DNA of 64,000 bases from an uncultured Candidatus Micrarchaeota archaeon (lineage in GTDB: Archaea; Micrarchaeota; Micrarchaeia; Anstonellales; Bilamarchaeaceae). Each line of letters opens with the position of its first letter. Positions within the stretch are counted from its first letter, which is position 1. A program made the position numbers and the translations under genes. The notes below the pieces were generated by a model. The model was not told the origin of the DNA. It did not search any database and was given only the letters and a program-made list of their open reading frames with translations. The DNA lies in assembly GCA_903828955.1 (NCBI GenBank), contig CAIKOA010000014.1:6359-70358 (forward strand), in the 5' to 3' direction. This document shows positions 26,788 to 36,383 of this stretch, piece after piece.

Positions 26788-27786
26788 TCATAGGACTTCC
26801 GCTCTCCGGTCTATAATGTCGCGTGCATCCGGCCCGGTTCCAATTAAAGTAACCGGAACGCCCAGTTTCGCCTCAATCTGGTCCACGAACCTGCGCGCCT
26901 CTCCGCTCAAGTCCGCAAACTTCTTCACCCCGTTGTTCCCGGGGAACCGCACATCCAGTTTTGTGACCGCCATCTGCGTCGCGCCATTTACCTGCACCGC
27001 AAACCGAAGGTCTTCCCAGTGCAATTCAGGGGAAGTTCTGCGAGGACGACCGGTAACGGTCCCGTACTCCTGCATGTTCATCTTAACTGCTTCCTCAACC
27101 GGGATTTCCGCAGGGAAAGGCCCATTTCCAACACGCGTAGTATAGGACTTAATTACCATAATTACGTGGTCAATCGAAGTCGGCCCCAGGCCCACATCCG
27201 CAGCAACCGAAGAAGCGGAAACATCCTTGGAAGTCACAAACGGATAAGTCCCATAAAGGACCGAAAGCATAAAGCCCTGCGAGCCTTCCAGAAGCACATT
27301 CTTCGCATTATTGACCGCCTGCGCAACATCAATGGTGTATTTCTGCATTTCCGGAATATCCGCAATCAAAACCCCATCACGCCGCGCCCTGCTCACAACC
27401 GCAGGCCCGCACCCTGTTTTAGTAGTCCCTATTTTCTTGCTGAGTTCCGCAGACGCATCCTCGTCTTTATGCTTCTGCAAAATGGCCGTGCATCTTTTAT
27501 CCACAAATGCCCGCCCGGCGGTTCCGGTAAGTTCAAGTTCTTTCAGGAATACTTCCGGGTCCACGCAAACCCCCGCGCCAATCATGATTTTGGAATTCTT
27601 GTTCACGAATCCGCAGGGAAGCATGCGCAGCGAATACCAGTTGCCTTCATAGAGAACTTTGTGCCCCGCATTTGGCCCAACTCCCCCTCGCGCAACTATC
27701 TCCGGATTGTCTGAAAGCGCAAGGTGCGAAATAATTTTTCCCTTCCCTTCATCGCCGTACTGCCCACCCACAAGTATGTTTTTCAT
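26788..27786 (-). CDS. purA: Adenylosuccinate synthetase (short archaeal form)
   Basis: GGQYGDEGKGK P-loop, GPNAGH, TKTGCGP motifs. Confidence 0.9.
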   Translation of the reverse strand: MKNILVGGQYGDEGKGKIISHLALSDNPEIVARGGVGPNAGHKVLYEGNWYSLRMLPCGFVNKNSKIMIGAGVCVDPEVFLKELELTGTAGRAFVDKRCTAILQKHKDEDASAELSKKIGTTKTGCGPAVVSRARRDGVLIADIPEMQKYTIDVAQAVNNAKNVLLEGSQGFMLSVLYGTYPFVTSKDVSASSVAADVGLGPTSIDHVIMVIKSYTTRVGNGPFPAEIPVEEAVKMNMQEYGTVTGRPRRTSPELHWEDLRFAVQVNGATQMAVTKLDVRFPGNNGVKKFADLSGEARRFVDQIEAKLGVPVTLIGTGPDARDIIDRRAEVL

Positions 27787-28766
27787 TTTTCCACACCCAC
27801 ATTCTCTAGCTTCTCCGCAAGGACTTCTACGCAGCGTTCTAAAACCTTATTGGGTTTCTCCTTTGCAGAGCACCCCGCTGCTTTCGGGTGCCCGCCTCCG
27901 GAACCCCTGTATTCGGACGCGACCTGCGCCATCACTTCATTGAGCATGACCGGAACGCTTTTACGTGCACGCGAAGAGACCCTCGTTTCCTTCGCCTCCC
28001 CCCTCCAGTTTGCAGCAAAAGCAACGTCTGCAAATTCGGAAATTGAGGAAGAAACTAAGGATTCGTGCGCAGGCACTTCCACCGTTGCAATCGTATATCC
28101 GCTTCTTATGGAAATGTGCATTGCCTTGAATGCTTCCAGAACAGAAGCTTTCTTATCCAGTTCCAGTTCCGGCTCTGCAAATTCAAGAGCTTCCTTGTAA
28201 TCCTTCCCGGAAAGCTCAAGCATGCGCGCAAGCTCGACAAAAGTCGAGGGCTTGCCGGACTTGAAGCGCGCAGTATCCGAAATTATCGCAACAGAGAGCG
28301 CAAACGCAACATCCGGGGTAAATGAAGGAAGAAAAGTAGAAATAATTTCCGCGGTGGATTTCGCATCCTCATCCCGGATATTCTCTTTCCCCTCAATCAT
28401 GTTCTCATTTTTATGGTGGTGATCAATAACCAGCAGGACCTTCCCTTTCCACGCCTTCGCTTCTTTCAAAAGAACATAAGTAGAGCAATCCACAACAACT
28501 AATCCATCGTAATCTGCGGGCTTAAGCTTCTCAATAGGCTCGTATTCAATATCCATGTGTTCACAGAAAGATTGCGCAGGGGAATCCATTTTCTCAGGAA
28601 AAGCAAGAACTGCTTTAGGAAGAACGCTCTTCACCGCATAAGCAGAACACAACGCATCCAAATCAACATTCGAATGGCTGGCTATGACTAGTTTTGAGTT
28701 GGAATATTTTTGAATAAAAGAAAGAAAAATTTCTTTATGCGCCTTCATCCGAAGACCCGGAACCAA
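27783..28766 (-). CDS. DHH-family phosphoesterase (NrnA-like, DHH + DHHA1)
   Basis: HSNVDLDAL, DHHH and GGGHPKAAG motifs. Confidence 0.75.
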   Translation of the reverse strand: MVPGLRMKAHKEIFLSFIQKYSNSKLVIASHSNVDLDALCSAYAVKSVLPKAVLAFPEKMDSPAQSFCEHMDIEYEPIEKLKPADYDGLVVVDCSTYVLLKEAKAWKGKVLLVIDHHHKNENMIEGKENIRDEDAKSTAEIISTFLPSFTPDVAFALSVAIISDTARFKSGKPSTFVELARMLELSGKDYKEALEFAEPELELDKKASVLEAFKAMHISIRSGYTIATVEVPAHESLVSSSISEFADVAFAANWRGEAKETRVSSRARKSVPVMLNEVMAQVASEYRGSGGGHPKAAGCSAKEKPNKVLERCVEVLAEKLENVGVEK

Positions 28767-29100
28767 GTTCTGCGCTGAGCTTTTTCTGCAGGCGCATCAG
28801 TTCCCCCTTGAGCTTCTCGTACTGCCCGTCCATCATCTTTATTCTGCTCGTGAGCAGGGTTTTCTTGCCTTCAAGGTCGGTTTTTGCTTCAGCAGCGGTT
28901 GTTTTTATCATTACGCTCCCGATGCTCTTGTAAACTTCGCCCTTTGCCTTCACAAGCTCCTCAAGGGCAAGATCGGTCTCGCTCATCTGGAGCTGCATCT
29001 GCTGCTTCTGTATCATAACCGCCTGCAACTGCCTTTCCAGGTTCTGCAATTTCATAATCTCTTTTTCGATTTCTTCTTTCTCAGCCATCATCTTCACCAT
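28735..29100 (-). CDS. pfdB: Prefoldin beta subunit
   Basis: Coiled-coil/beta-hairpin/coiled-coil architecture of ~120 aa in its canonical position in the exosome superoperon. Confidence 0.8.
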   Translation of the reverse strand: MVKMMAEKEEIEKEIMKLQNLERQLQAVMIQKQQMQLQMSETDLALEELVKAKGEVYKSIGSVMIKTTAAEAKTDLEGKKTLLTSRIKMMDGQYEKLKGELMRLQKKLSAELGSGSSDEGA

Positions 29101-29359
29101 TCAACCCTTCAATTACCTTCATGTTACGCAGGTACGTATTCACAACCGCGCGCAATGCAACCGAATCAAGCGCTTCTGCAAAAACTTCCACAACGTTTCC
29201 GGAAGCCAAAGCCGAAACCTTGCACCGGCCACTCTCAGGCCCGCCCTTTCCCAATGCAATACGCGCATTCTCCGCAACAAGCGCGGAAGGGAATTCAAAG
29301 CGCAGCCTCGCGCTGCATTTCAAATAAAGCGCCTCAATCGGTCCCGATTTCCTTTGCAA
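29081..29359 (-). CDS. KEOPS subunit Pcc1-like protein (likely TTG start)
   Basis: RLRFEFPSALVAENARIAL and LRAVVNTYLRNMKV align with Pcc1. There is no ATG in frame, so the ORF track start is TTG. Confidence 0.5.
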   Translation of the reverse strand: MQRKSGPIEALYLKCSARLRFEFPSALVAENARIALGKGGPESGRCKVSALASGNVVEVFAEALDSVALRAVVNTYLRNMKVIEGLNGEDDG

Positions 29360-29471
29360 CCGGAGGCCTGACTTTGAAAAGCACTTTCGCGCCCGTAGGC
29401 GGGAACTCGAACGTCTTAAGGCTTGAAATCACTACTTTGTTTCCGTTTTCCCATTCCCTGTATTCTCCCAT

Positions 29472-29708
29472 TCATTCACCTGCTTCTCCGCCTGCAAGAA
29501 CCCTTCTTGCGGTCTGGCCGATATCGGTTGCGAGGAGGTATGCCCCACCTGCAATCCTTGCTCCGCATGAGCGGCATTCCCAAAGCGCATTCGATACCCG
29601 TTTAACGGATCTCTTCCCGCATTTTGGGCATTCGTACCTTTCATTCTTCTTAAGAAGGGACGCCTCTACGAGCTCTCTTATTCTTTTCCCGTACTTCGAA
29701 TTGTGCAT
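29472..29708 (-). CDS. rpl37ae: 50S ribosomal protein L37Ae
   Basis: C4 zinc ribbon YECPKCGK...WECRSCG plus RTKKVGI-type basic N-terminus. Confidence 0.85.
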   Translation of the reverse strand: MHNSKYGKRIRELVEASLLKKNERYECPKCGKRSVKRVSNALWECRSCGARIAGGAYLLATDIGQTARRVLAGGEAGE

Positions 29709-29725
29709 TCATTCCACCTATTTTC

Positions 29726-30523
29726 CTATAAGTATCTCCTTAACTCGTCCGACTTCTTGAGCGCGACATCCACGCAGTTCATCACTTCGTCCTTGCTTAA
29801 CCCACCTTGGCCGGACTTCTGGATGCTCGAGACCATTCCCTCCACAGTGCCCACCGTGAAGCTCATATCCTTTGCATACTCTTCATCGTGAGATGCGTCC
29901 AGCAGGAAGTTATTGGCCACCTTTATGAAAGTGGTTGTGAGCGGCTTGTATTTCATCTCCATAGATTGGGTTCCTTGGCCGCGGATGATTTTCCCGTTCT
30001 CCACTTTCGGCAGTTTTGTGTCCAGAAGCGCTGCGCACGCTGCAAGGGCTGCAGTGTCCGTGAGGTTTCCCTTGTGGTCAAGAATCCAGAGGTCCAGGAA
30101 CAATCCCAGAACTTTGCCTTCTTCCAAAAAGAATCTCGTCACATCAATGACTTCTGAGCTTCTGATTCCCCTGTCCACTACACGGGCAAGCTCTATGCAA
30201 TTCTCGTTAGGCGGCCCGGGCTCAAATCCCGGAGAAGCCATCGGAACGAATTCCGCATTCGTAATGAACGCCCCTTCATCCGGCCTGTCCGGAAAAGGCG
30301 TCATCACATCGAATTTCACTGCCGCAACAACCTTGCTGCCCCCTATGTTTGCAAGGGCAGAGCCTTCCGCAGTGGTGATTACCCCCTTTTGAACTTCCAC
30401 CGGCCTCCATTCATCAAGAGCGCGTTCATCAAACCTTTTCCCGCTGAGTAGCTGCTCCTGAAGAAAGTCTTTCCGCACTTCCCTCAAAATCTTGTCTTTT
30501 ACTTCTTCTCCCATTCCGAACAC
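29726..30523 (-). CDS. rrp42: Exosome complex RNase PH-like subunit Rrp42
   Basis: RNase PH fold, non-catalytic partner downstream of rrp41. Confidence 0.85.
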   Translation of the reverse strand: MFGMGEEVKDKILREVRKDFLQEQLLSGKRFDERALDEWRPVEVQKGVITTAEGSALANIGGSKVVAAVKFDVMTPFPDRPDEGAFITNAEFVPMASPGFEPGPPNENCIELARVVDRGIRSSEVIDVTRFFLEEGKVLGLFLDLWILDHKGNLTDTAALAACAALLDTKLPKVENGKIIRGQGTQSMEMKYKPLTTTFIKVANNFLLDASHDEEYAKDMSFTVGTVEGMVSSIQKSGQGGLSKDEVMNCVDVALKKSDELRRYL

Positions 30524-30524
30524 C

Positions 30525-31277
30525 TCACATTTTCAACTTTCCGCGCTCACCCTTCTCATAAGAGTTCTTGAGCGCCCTTGCCTGCTCCTGGTAAACCTGT
30601 TCGGATGCGTCGATTGCAGCCTGGATATCCTCTTCCAGCTGCTCCTTCGTAAGCAATCCGTCCATCTGGAGGAGAACTATCTCCTTGTCCCTGTGCGTTA
30701 TCGCAATCGGGACATCGGATTCACCGAAGTTATCTTCGTTCTTTCCAAGGTCAACTACGAGCGTTCCATCTATCTTCCCGACCGCAACTGCAGAGATAAT
30801 GTCCCTCATCGGGATTCCCGCATCCGCAAGCGCAACCGCCGCCGCAGTCAAAGAGGCAACCCTTGTTCCCCCTTCTGCCTGCAAAACTTCGATGTATACC
30901 TCGATTTGCGTGCGTGGGAACTGATTCGTGAGCACAACGTGCTCAAAGGCCTCCTTGAGCACTTTGGAGATTTCAATGCTTCTCCTGTTCGGCCCGCTTC
31001 TTCCGTGATCATCGGCAGAGGCAAATGGGCTCATCACATACCTCACTTTGAGGATTGCCTTGTAAGGGTCCGAGAAGTGTTTTGGAATGCATTCCCTTGG
31101 GCCGTAAACTCCTACAATGATTTTGTTCCCTCCCCATTCCACATACGCCGAGCCATCCGCTTCTTCAAGCACTCCTGCTTCAATGTGGAGCTTCCTCAAA
31201 TCATGCGGGCCTCTCCCATCGAGCCTTTTTCCATCCTTAAACAATACAATCCCTGGCATTTTTCCCATATCAATCAC
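30525..31277 (-). CDS. rrp41: Exosome complex exonuclease Rrp41 (RNase PH-like, catalytic)
   Basis: DGR..DLR and GTRVASLTAAAVALADAGIPMRD motifs. Confidence 0.9.
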   Translation of the reverse strand: MIDMGKMPGIVLFKDGKRLDGRGPHDLRKLHIEAGVLEEADGSAYVEWGGNKIIVGVYGPRECIPKHFSDPYKAILKVRYVMSPFASADDHGRSGPNRRSIEISKVLKEAFEHVVLTNQFPRTQIEVYIEVLQAEGGTRVASLTAAAVALADAGIPMRDIISAVAVGKIDGTLVVDLGKNEDNFGESDVPIAITHRDKEIVLLQMDGLLTKEQLEEDIQAAIDASEQVYQEQARALKNSYEKGERGKLKM

Positions 31278-32032
31278 ATCTCTTCAATATCAAGTTCCTT
31301 TTCCTTCTCCTCGCTTTTCTCGCGCGGAGCGTCCTGGTGCGGCCCCTCTTCGAATCCCTGGGACTGCTCCCCTCCCCTTTCCTCTGCGGTGGGTACCTTC
31401 ACGTTCGCCCCCTGCGAGCGCAGGTATGCGGCGATTGTGTCCGTAAGGCCGCGTGTGTGCGCCTTCTCGATAATCAGTTTTATTGTGCGGAGCACTAAGG
31501 GCAAATTCCCCTTTCCGCCAATCCAGATATATCCGTTATTCCCTACGAAAATCGTGCATCCGCTTCCGTCCCTGATCAGGTTGAGCATGCTGCTCTTCTT
31601 CCCAATTATTCTCGGAACCTTTGAAGCCGGAACCTTCATGAGCTTCCCGGTCGGAAGCCTCTTCGCATCCGTAATATCCACTCCGCCGACCTCATCCACG
31701 AATTTTATTTTTCCGTAAATGATGTCCGCCTTCCTGAAGCTCACGCGGGTAAACTTGGAGTTTATGAACCCGTCATATGCGAGGTTCAAATCCACAGAAT
31801 ACCCCGAGTGGCGCACATCCGTGACTATTCCGATCACGTTGTCGCCGACTTTCGGCTTGTACACAAGCTCAAGAGGGATAAACCTGTCTTCCCTGAGCAT
31901 CCCGAGCACAGTGGCGTACGTTTTCCCGTTCACTACTTCCGTGTTCGGCTCCCTGACTTCCTTTTCCCAGATTAATTCCCCGGGAACGATAATTTTCTCC
32001 GTATCAATCACCTTTTTGTTTTTCGAATGCAA
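31274..32032 (-). CDS. rrp4: Exosome complex RNA-binding subunit Rrp4 (S1 + KH)
   Basis: VPGE..IWEK N-terminal domain, S1 then KH with C-terminal acidic tail. It overlaps rrp41 by 4 nt. Confidence 0.85.
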   Translation of the reverse strand: MHSKNKKVIDTEKIIVPGELIWEKEVREPNTEVVNGKTYATVLGMLREDRFIPLELVYKPKVGDNVIGIVTDVRHSGYSVDLNLAYDGFINSKFTRVSFRKADIIYGKIKFVDEVGGVDITDAKRLPTGKLMKVPASKVPRIIGKKSSMLNLIRDGSGCTIFVGNNGYIWIGGKGNLPLVLRTIKLIIEKAHTRGLTDTIAAYLRSQGANVKVPTAEERGGEQSQGFEEGPHQDAPREKSEEKEKELDIEEM

Positions 32033-32042
32033 TTCAATTTTT

Positions 32043-32753
32043 CTAATCCATTTTCTTGGTTTCTACCTGCCCTGAAGTGAGCTTATTCAGCTTATCCAGG
32101 AACTCCCCCTGCATTCCCGCAGGCATTTCCACAACAACTATGAGGTATCCGTCTCTGAGCCACTGCTCCTTCTGGATTCCATAGCTCTTGATTGTCCCGT
32201 ATGCCCGATGCGCATATTCCGGGGGAACCTTCACCGCGAGTTTCACTTTCTCGAACTTTATCGGTATCAATGGGCGCAATTTCTTCAGGAGCTCGTCCAT
32301 CTGCGTTTTCGTATCCACATAAGGGTCCACATGGAAGCGCAATTCCTCCATTGCATTCTCAATCCTTTGCACTGGGATCGGCGCGCCCGTCCTCACATCT
32401 ATTGCTTCCCTGCAAATCATGTTTATGATCTGCTTCCGTTTATCTTCAACTTTTTTTCGTCTCTGCTCAGTTGTAAGCTGAACCTCTCCTTTCTCAAGAA
32501 AGATTTTGAGTATTTCGTAAATATCGGTGGTTCCGAATGCCTTCTGGATGTCCGCGGCCTTTGCGCGGTCTCCCTTCTTCGTATCCTCGTAAACCTCTTC
32601 AACCACCAATATGTTCCTCAGGTCCTTTTTGCTGCCCTCAAGATACTGGTAGGTGGGCGTGGGGTCCACATAGATTTCGAAGTGCTTCCCTTCCTTGTCA
32701 TAGGAAGCAAGGATTGCTTTGTCAAGGCTGACCATATTATCACTATATTTCAA
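32043..32753 (-). CDS. sdo1: Ribosome maturation protein SBDS/Sdo1
   Basis: FYSH N-domain (FEIYVDP..) and overall SBDS architecture; first gene of the exosome superoperon. Confidence 0.85.
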   Translation of the reverse strand: MKYSDNMVSLDKAILASYDKEGKHFEIYVDPTPTYQYLEGSKKDLRNILVVEEVYEDTKKGDRAKAADIQKAFGTTDIYEILKIFLEKGEVQLTTEQRRKKVEDKRKQIINMICREAIDVRTGAPIPVQRIENAMEELRFHVDPYVDTKTQMDELLKKLRPLIPIKFEKVKLAVKVPPEYAHRAYGTIKSYGIQKEQWLRDGYLIVVVEMPAGMQGEFLDKLNKLTSGQVETKKMD

Positions 32754-32994
32754 CTGTTAAACTGGCATATCACTCGCCAGAAGACGACATGGAGACTATT
32801 ATATATTATAATGGTTTATAAAGGTTTCCAGAAAACCGGCGCAGAAATCTGCCCCAAAAGAGTATGTTATTTGCACTCTCTTTTCCAAATTTCCCGCCTT
32901 TTCCCGCTTACCACGATATTTATAAACATTTCTCATCTTAATTTCAACTCAATCTACTTTACCCGCAATCACTGCTGGTAGCAGGAGGGAGTGT

Positions 32995-33630
32995 ATGGAC
33001 AAGAAAAAGCTAGTTGCAGGCATCGAAGAGATGCTGAAGGAAAAGGGAAGCAGGAAATTCACCCAGTCAGTGGAAATCATAGTGAATTTCCGGAGCATTG
33101 ATTTCTCGAAGCCCGAGAACAGGCTTAACCTGGACGTCGCCCTCCCGAACGGAAAAGGCGGAAAGGAGCCGAAGGTGGTCGTGGTCGCTGACCCGGACAC
33201 CGGAAACAACGCAAGGAAGGCCGGAGCAGACCTCGTTCTCCTAATCGATGAGATGTCGGCTTACAAGGATGACCTTCCAAAGATGAAGAAACTCACCGAG
33301 GAATCCGTTTTCTTAGTGCAGCCGAACCTAATGGGCCAGGTTGCAAAGAATTTCGGCCAGTACCTCGCAGTAAGGGGAAAAACACCCAAACCGCTCATCG
33401 GAAACCTTCCGAACGCAATCAACATGGCAAAGCGCACAGTCCGCATTGTTTCCAAGGGGAAATACATGCCGGTCGCGCAGGCGCTGGTCGGCTCGGAAAA
33501 GATGGAGCCGGAGCAGCTCGCAGACAATGCTGAAGCGATTTTCGAGGCAATCAAGAACAAGGCCAGCCTTCCCAACGTGAAATCGGTTTACATCAAGCTC
33601 ACGATGGGGAAGTCAATTAAGGTGATGTGA
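32995..33630 (+). CDS. rpl1: 50S ribosomal protein L1
   Basis: Clear L1 family similarity. Confidence 0.9.
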   Translation: MDKKKLVAGIEEMLKEKGSRKFTQSVEIIVNFRSIDFSKPENRLNLDVALPNGKGGKEPKVVVVADPDTGNNARKAGADLVLLIDEMSAYKDDLPKMKKLTEESVFLVQPNLMGQVAKNFGQYLAVRGKTPKPLIGNLPNAINMAKRTVRIVSKGKYMPVAQALVGSEKMEPEQLADNAEAIFEAIKNKASLPNVKSVYIKLTMGKSIKVM

Positions 33631-33631
33631 G

Positions 33632-34501
33632 GTGGCAACTATGAAGAAAACTGAAGCTCACAAGGAAGCCAAAAAAGAAAGAATTGCGATAACACGAAAG
33701 AAAGAGCAGGCGGCGTCTGTCGCAAAGGACATCTCTTCTGCAAAGAACGTTGCAGTAATCGATTTGCGCGGCCTTCCGGACTCGCTCCTCCAGAAATTGA
33801 GGAAGCAGCTCCGCGAGAACGGCTCAAAAGTCAGGATTGCAAAGGCAACCGTTCTCCAGAGGGCTCTTGAGGCAGCGGGAAAACCAAAGGAAATGATTGG
33901 ATTATTCAACAAGCCCGCAGCGCTTGTAGCAATGGACATCACCCCTTACGAACTAAACCAGTTCCTCAGGCAGAACAAGATGGAAGTTGCAGCAAAAGCA
34001 GGAGAGAAGTCCCCGAAGGACATCATTGTCCCGGTTGGTGAGACTTCGCTTCCGGCAGGACCGGCGCTTTCAGAATTGAAAACCGCAGGCCTGAACGTCC
34101 AGATCCGCGGAGGGAAAATCGCGGTCGTAAAGGACTCAACGGTCGTAAAAGCAGGGGATGTAATCACCCCCGAGAAGGCAAAGGCGCTCCAGACTTTGGG
34201 AGTTAAGCCGTTCACGGTGCGTGCGAACATCCTTCTTGCATACGACGGCGAGTACATATATGCACCGGAAATTCTTGACATCTCCGCAGAGGCGCTTCTT
34301 CTTGAGGCGTACATGCAGGGAGTCAACGTGGGCGTAAACGGCTCAATTTATTCTCCAGAATCGATAGAGCAGCTTCTCTCCCAGTCCGCAAGGATTGGTT
34401 TGGCTCTTTCTGATTTGACGTCCGCTGCACCCGCAGCGGCAAAGGAGGCCGAAAAGGCAGCAGAACCCTCAGCCGCTTCTACTGAGGAGAAAAAAGAGTG
34501 A
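33632..34501 (+). CDS. rplP0: 50S ribosomal protein L10 (acidic P0 homolog)
   Basis: P0 architecture with C-terminal Ala/Glu-rich stalk tail. Confidence 0.9.
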   Translation: MATMKKTEAHKEAKKERIAITRKKEQAASVAKDISSAKNVAVIDLRGLPDSLLQKLRKQLRENGSKVRIAKATVLQRALEAAGKPKEMIGLFNKPAALVAMDITPYELNQFLRQNKMEVAAKAGEKSPKDIIVPVGETSLPAGPALSELKTAGLNVQIRGGKIAVVKDSTVVKAGDVITPEKAKALQTLGVKPFTVRANILLAYDGEYIYAPEILDISAEALLLEAYMQGVNVGVNGSIYSPESIEQLLSQSARIGLALSDLTSAAPAAAKEAEKAAEPSAASTEEKKE

Positions 34502-34818
34502 TGAAAATGACTAAAGTAGACCCATATTTGCATGCAGTGCTCCTTTTACACGGAGCAGGGAAGGAAGTTTCCCAGGAAGGGATTCTGTCGGTAGTTAAAG
34601 CCGCAGGCGTCCACCCGGATGAGGCGAAAGCCAAAGTCCTCGCAGAGGCAGTCAAAGGAGTTAACTTTGAGGACCTTCTGAAGAACGTCGCGACAATGGC
34701 AGCGGCTCCAGCAGCAGGCGCAGCGCCCGCAGCAGCAGCCAAACCGGCAGAGGAAGAAGTTTCTGAAGAGAAGAAGGAAGCCGCAGCAGCGGAAGGCCTT
34801 GCGAACCTCTTTGGTTGA
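34498..34818 (+). CDS. rpl12: 50S ribosomal protein L12/P1 stalk protein
   Basis: Ala-rich hinge and conserved C-terminal EEKKEAAAAEGLANLFG. Confidence 0.9.
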   Translation: MMKMTKVDPYLHAVLLLHGAGKEVSQEGILSVVKAAGVHPDEAKAKVLAEAVKGVNFEDLLKNVATMAAAPAAGAAPAAAAKPAEEEVSEEKKEAAAAEGLANLFG

Positions 34819-34820
34819 AC

Positions 34821-34858
34821 TTTTTTCCTTTATTCCTTTTTATTTATTTTTTGTTTTC
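34821..34858 (+). terminator. Oligo-T tract immediately after the L12 stop; likely archaeal intrinsic terminator of the L1-P0-P1 operon
   Basis: The sequence cttttttcctttattcctttttatttattttttgttttc follows the TGA at 34816-34818. Confidence 0.4.
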
Positions 34859-34892
34859 TGCATTTTCCGGACTTATACACTTTTAAACCCTT

Positions 34893-35618
34893 TTGAGCAC
34901 AATTAATCCTATGAGTTCGGATAATCGAGATGATTCACAGAAGACGCGGCCGCGCGCTGCGCTCAACCCCCAGCGAATTGAACTCTGGTCAGGCATCCTT
35001 CCAAGCCAAGGGGTCCCGAAGGTGCCCAGGCCTACGTCACCAGTGCCCCGGACCGCAAAAATGCCTCCCCCTATTCCGCGGCAAGCACTCAGGAATTCGT
35101 ATGTAGCCCAAAGTGGCCATCCTCCAATTCCCGGCAATAGAGGGAGAGGAGTGCCAGAAGAGCCTGCGGACCAGTTCATGCGAGTGGAATATAGTTCGGC
35201 AGCAGTGGTTCGATATGTCAGGGAACTCTACCTAAAGGGAGCAAACCGCCCTGAACTTGAAAAAGGAAAACAGGCTATCCTGATGCGCCTTACTCAGGCA
35301 TGGAACGGCTTCATCGCGGGATTTGACTCCTGCGCCAGGCGTTTCTCCCATGTTCCGGCGAGGTGGATTGCCGCAAGTGCGGTCGCAATCGCGCTCGCTT
35401 CCGGAGGGGTGGCCGTGCATTCCTGCATAAAGGCAAATGACGCCCAGCAACAGCTTGAAAAGCAGAAGAACGAAATCCGGGATTTGAGAAAGCAGCTGGA
35501 GCAGGAAAAGGCAAAGCCCAGCCCGTTTAGCTCGTATATTCCGAAAGCGCTCCGCAACCCCCCGCAGGTTCCAGCGGGAATTCCGCAGAAAATTGCCAGG
35601 AATTCCCTCCGCGCTTAA
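34893..35618 (+). CDS. Hypothetical membrane-anchored protein with Pro-rich N-terminus and C-terminal coiled coil
   Basis: ORF track; one hydrophobic helix (WIAASAVAIALASGGVAV), then a heptad-like charged segment. Confidence 0.45.
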   Translation: MSTINPMSSDNRDDSQKTRPRAALNPQRIELWSGILPSQGVPKVPRPTSPVPRTAKMPPPIPRQALRNSYVAQSGHPPIPGNRGRGVPEEPADQFMRVEYSSAAVVRYVRELYLKGANRPELEKGKQAILMRLTQAWNGFIAGFDSCARRFSHVPARWIAASAVAIALASGGVAVHSCIKANDAQQQLEKQKNEIRDLRKQLEQEKAKPSPFSSYIPKALRNPPQVPAGIPQKIARNSLRA

Positions 35619-35620
35619 CC

Positions 35621-36355
35621 TTAATCAAGTATTTCTTTTCCTTTCAACTCATTCAGCTTCATTACTGCATACCCTAAATCCGCATCGGACAGGCAAACAA
35701 GAAGAACTTCTTTTCCCTTTTCCTCTTTTACCGCAAGCCAGTTGTAGTTCCTGCTCTTCCCAATTCCAAAAATAGGTTTTTTCATCTTCTTACGAATTGC
35801 ATTCTTGAGTTTTATCCCGACCCTCTGCCCGTTCCTGATCACATAGAGTATTTCGGAAGTGCAAATCGCAGCCACATCCGCATTCAGGACCGCACAAGTT
35901 GCCTCCTTTCCAAAATCAACTGCAGAATGCAATCTTTCCCCTCTTTCATTCAGGAAAACATATTCCTTCTTTTCCAAATCGCAAACAAGCAGGTTCTTTC
36001 CCAAAGCAGCTGCGCAGTATTTCTTGGAAAGCGGAAACCCAAGCGGATACGTATATGGATAAACTCCGAAGAACTCCTTCTCAAATGCAAGCTCAAGTGC
36101 AATCACATCTTCTGAACCTGGAACCAATACGTACACAACGTGCTCCCTTCCAGCCTTCTGCTCGGTAACAATGATCTTCGCATCTTTTCCAGGCCCCTTT
36201 AACTCAAAATCAGCAGGATTGATTACCTGCGCAACATTGTATTCCGGATTCCTTATGGAAATCGTATTTGAGCCGATTTCAATTTCCAGCTTCCCTATTT
36301 TTGCAGATTTAGATGGGGCGGATTGCGCAAAATCCGAAAACCATTTTTCCAGCAT
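35621..36355 (-). CDS. Hypothetical protein
   Basis: ORF track; no family recognised. Confidence 0.5.
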   Translation of the reverse strand: MLEKWFSDFAQSAPSKSAKIGKLEIEIGSNTISIRNPEYNVAQVINPADFELKGPGKDAKIIVTEQKAGREHVVYVLVPGSEDVIALELAFEKEFFGVYPYTYPLGFPLSKKYCAAALGKNLLVCDLEKKEYVFLNERGERLHSAVDFGKEATCAVLNADVAAICTSEILYVIRNGQRVGIKLKNAIRKKMKKPIFGIGKSRNYNWLAVKEEKGKEVLLVCLSDADLGYAVMKLNELKGKEILD

Positions 36356-36383
36356 CTTAGCGTTTATCTGCTCGTCCAGAAAT

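Noticed and set aside
29360-29471. Expected rpoP (small zinc-ribbon RNA polymerase subunit) between L37Ae and Pcc1
   Set aside because: Manual three-frame translation of the minus strand finds only a 19-codon ORF without Cys pairs. The Pcc1 frame simply extends upstream without ATG, so no rpoP is called here.
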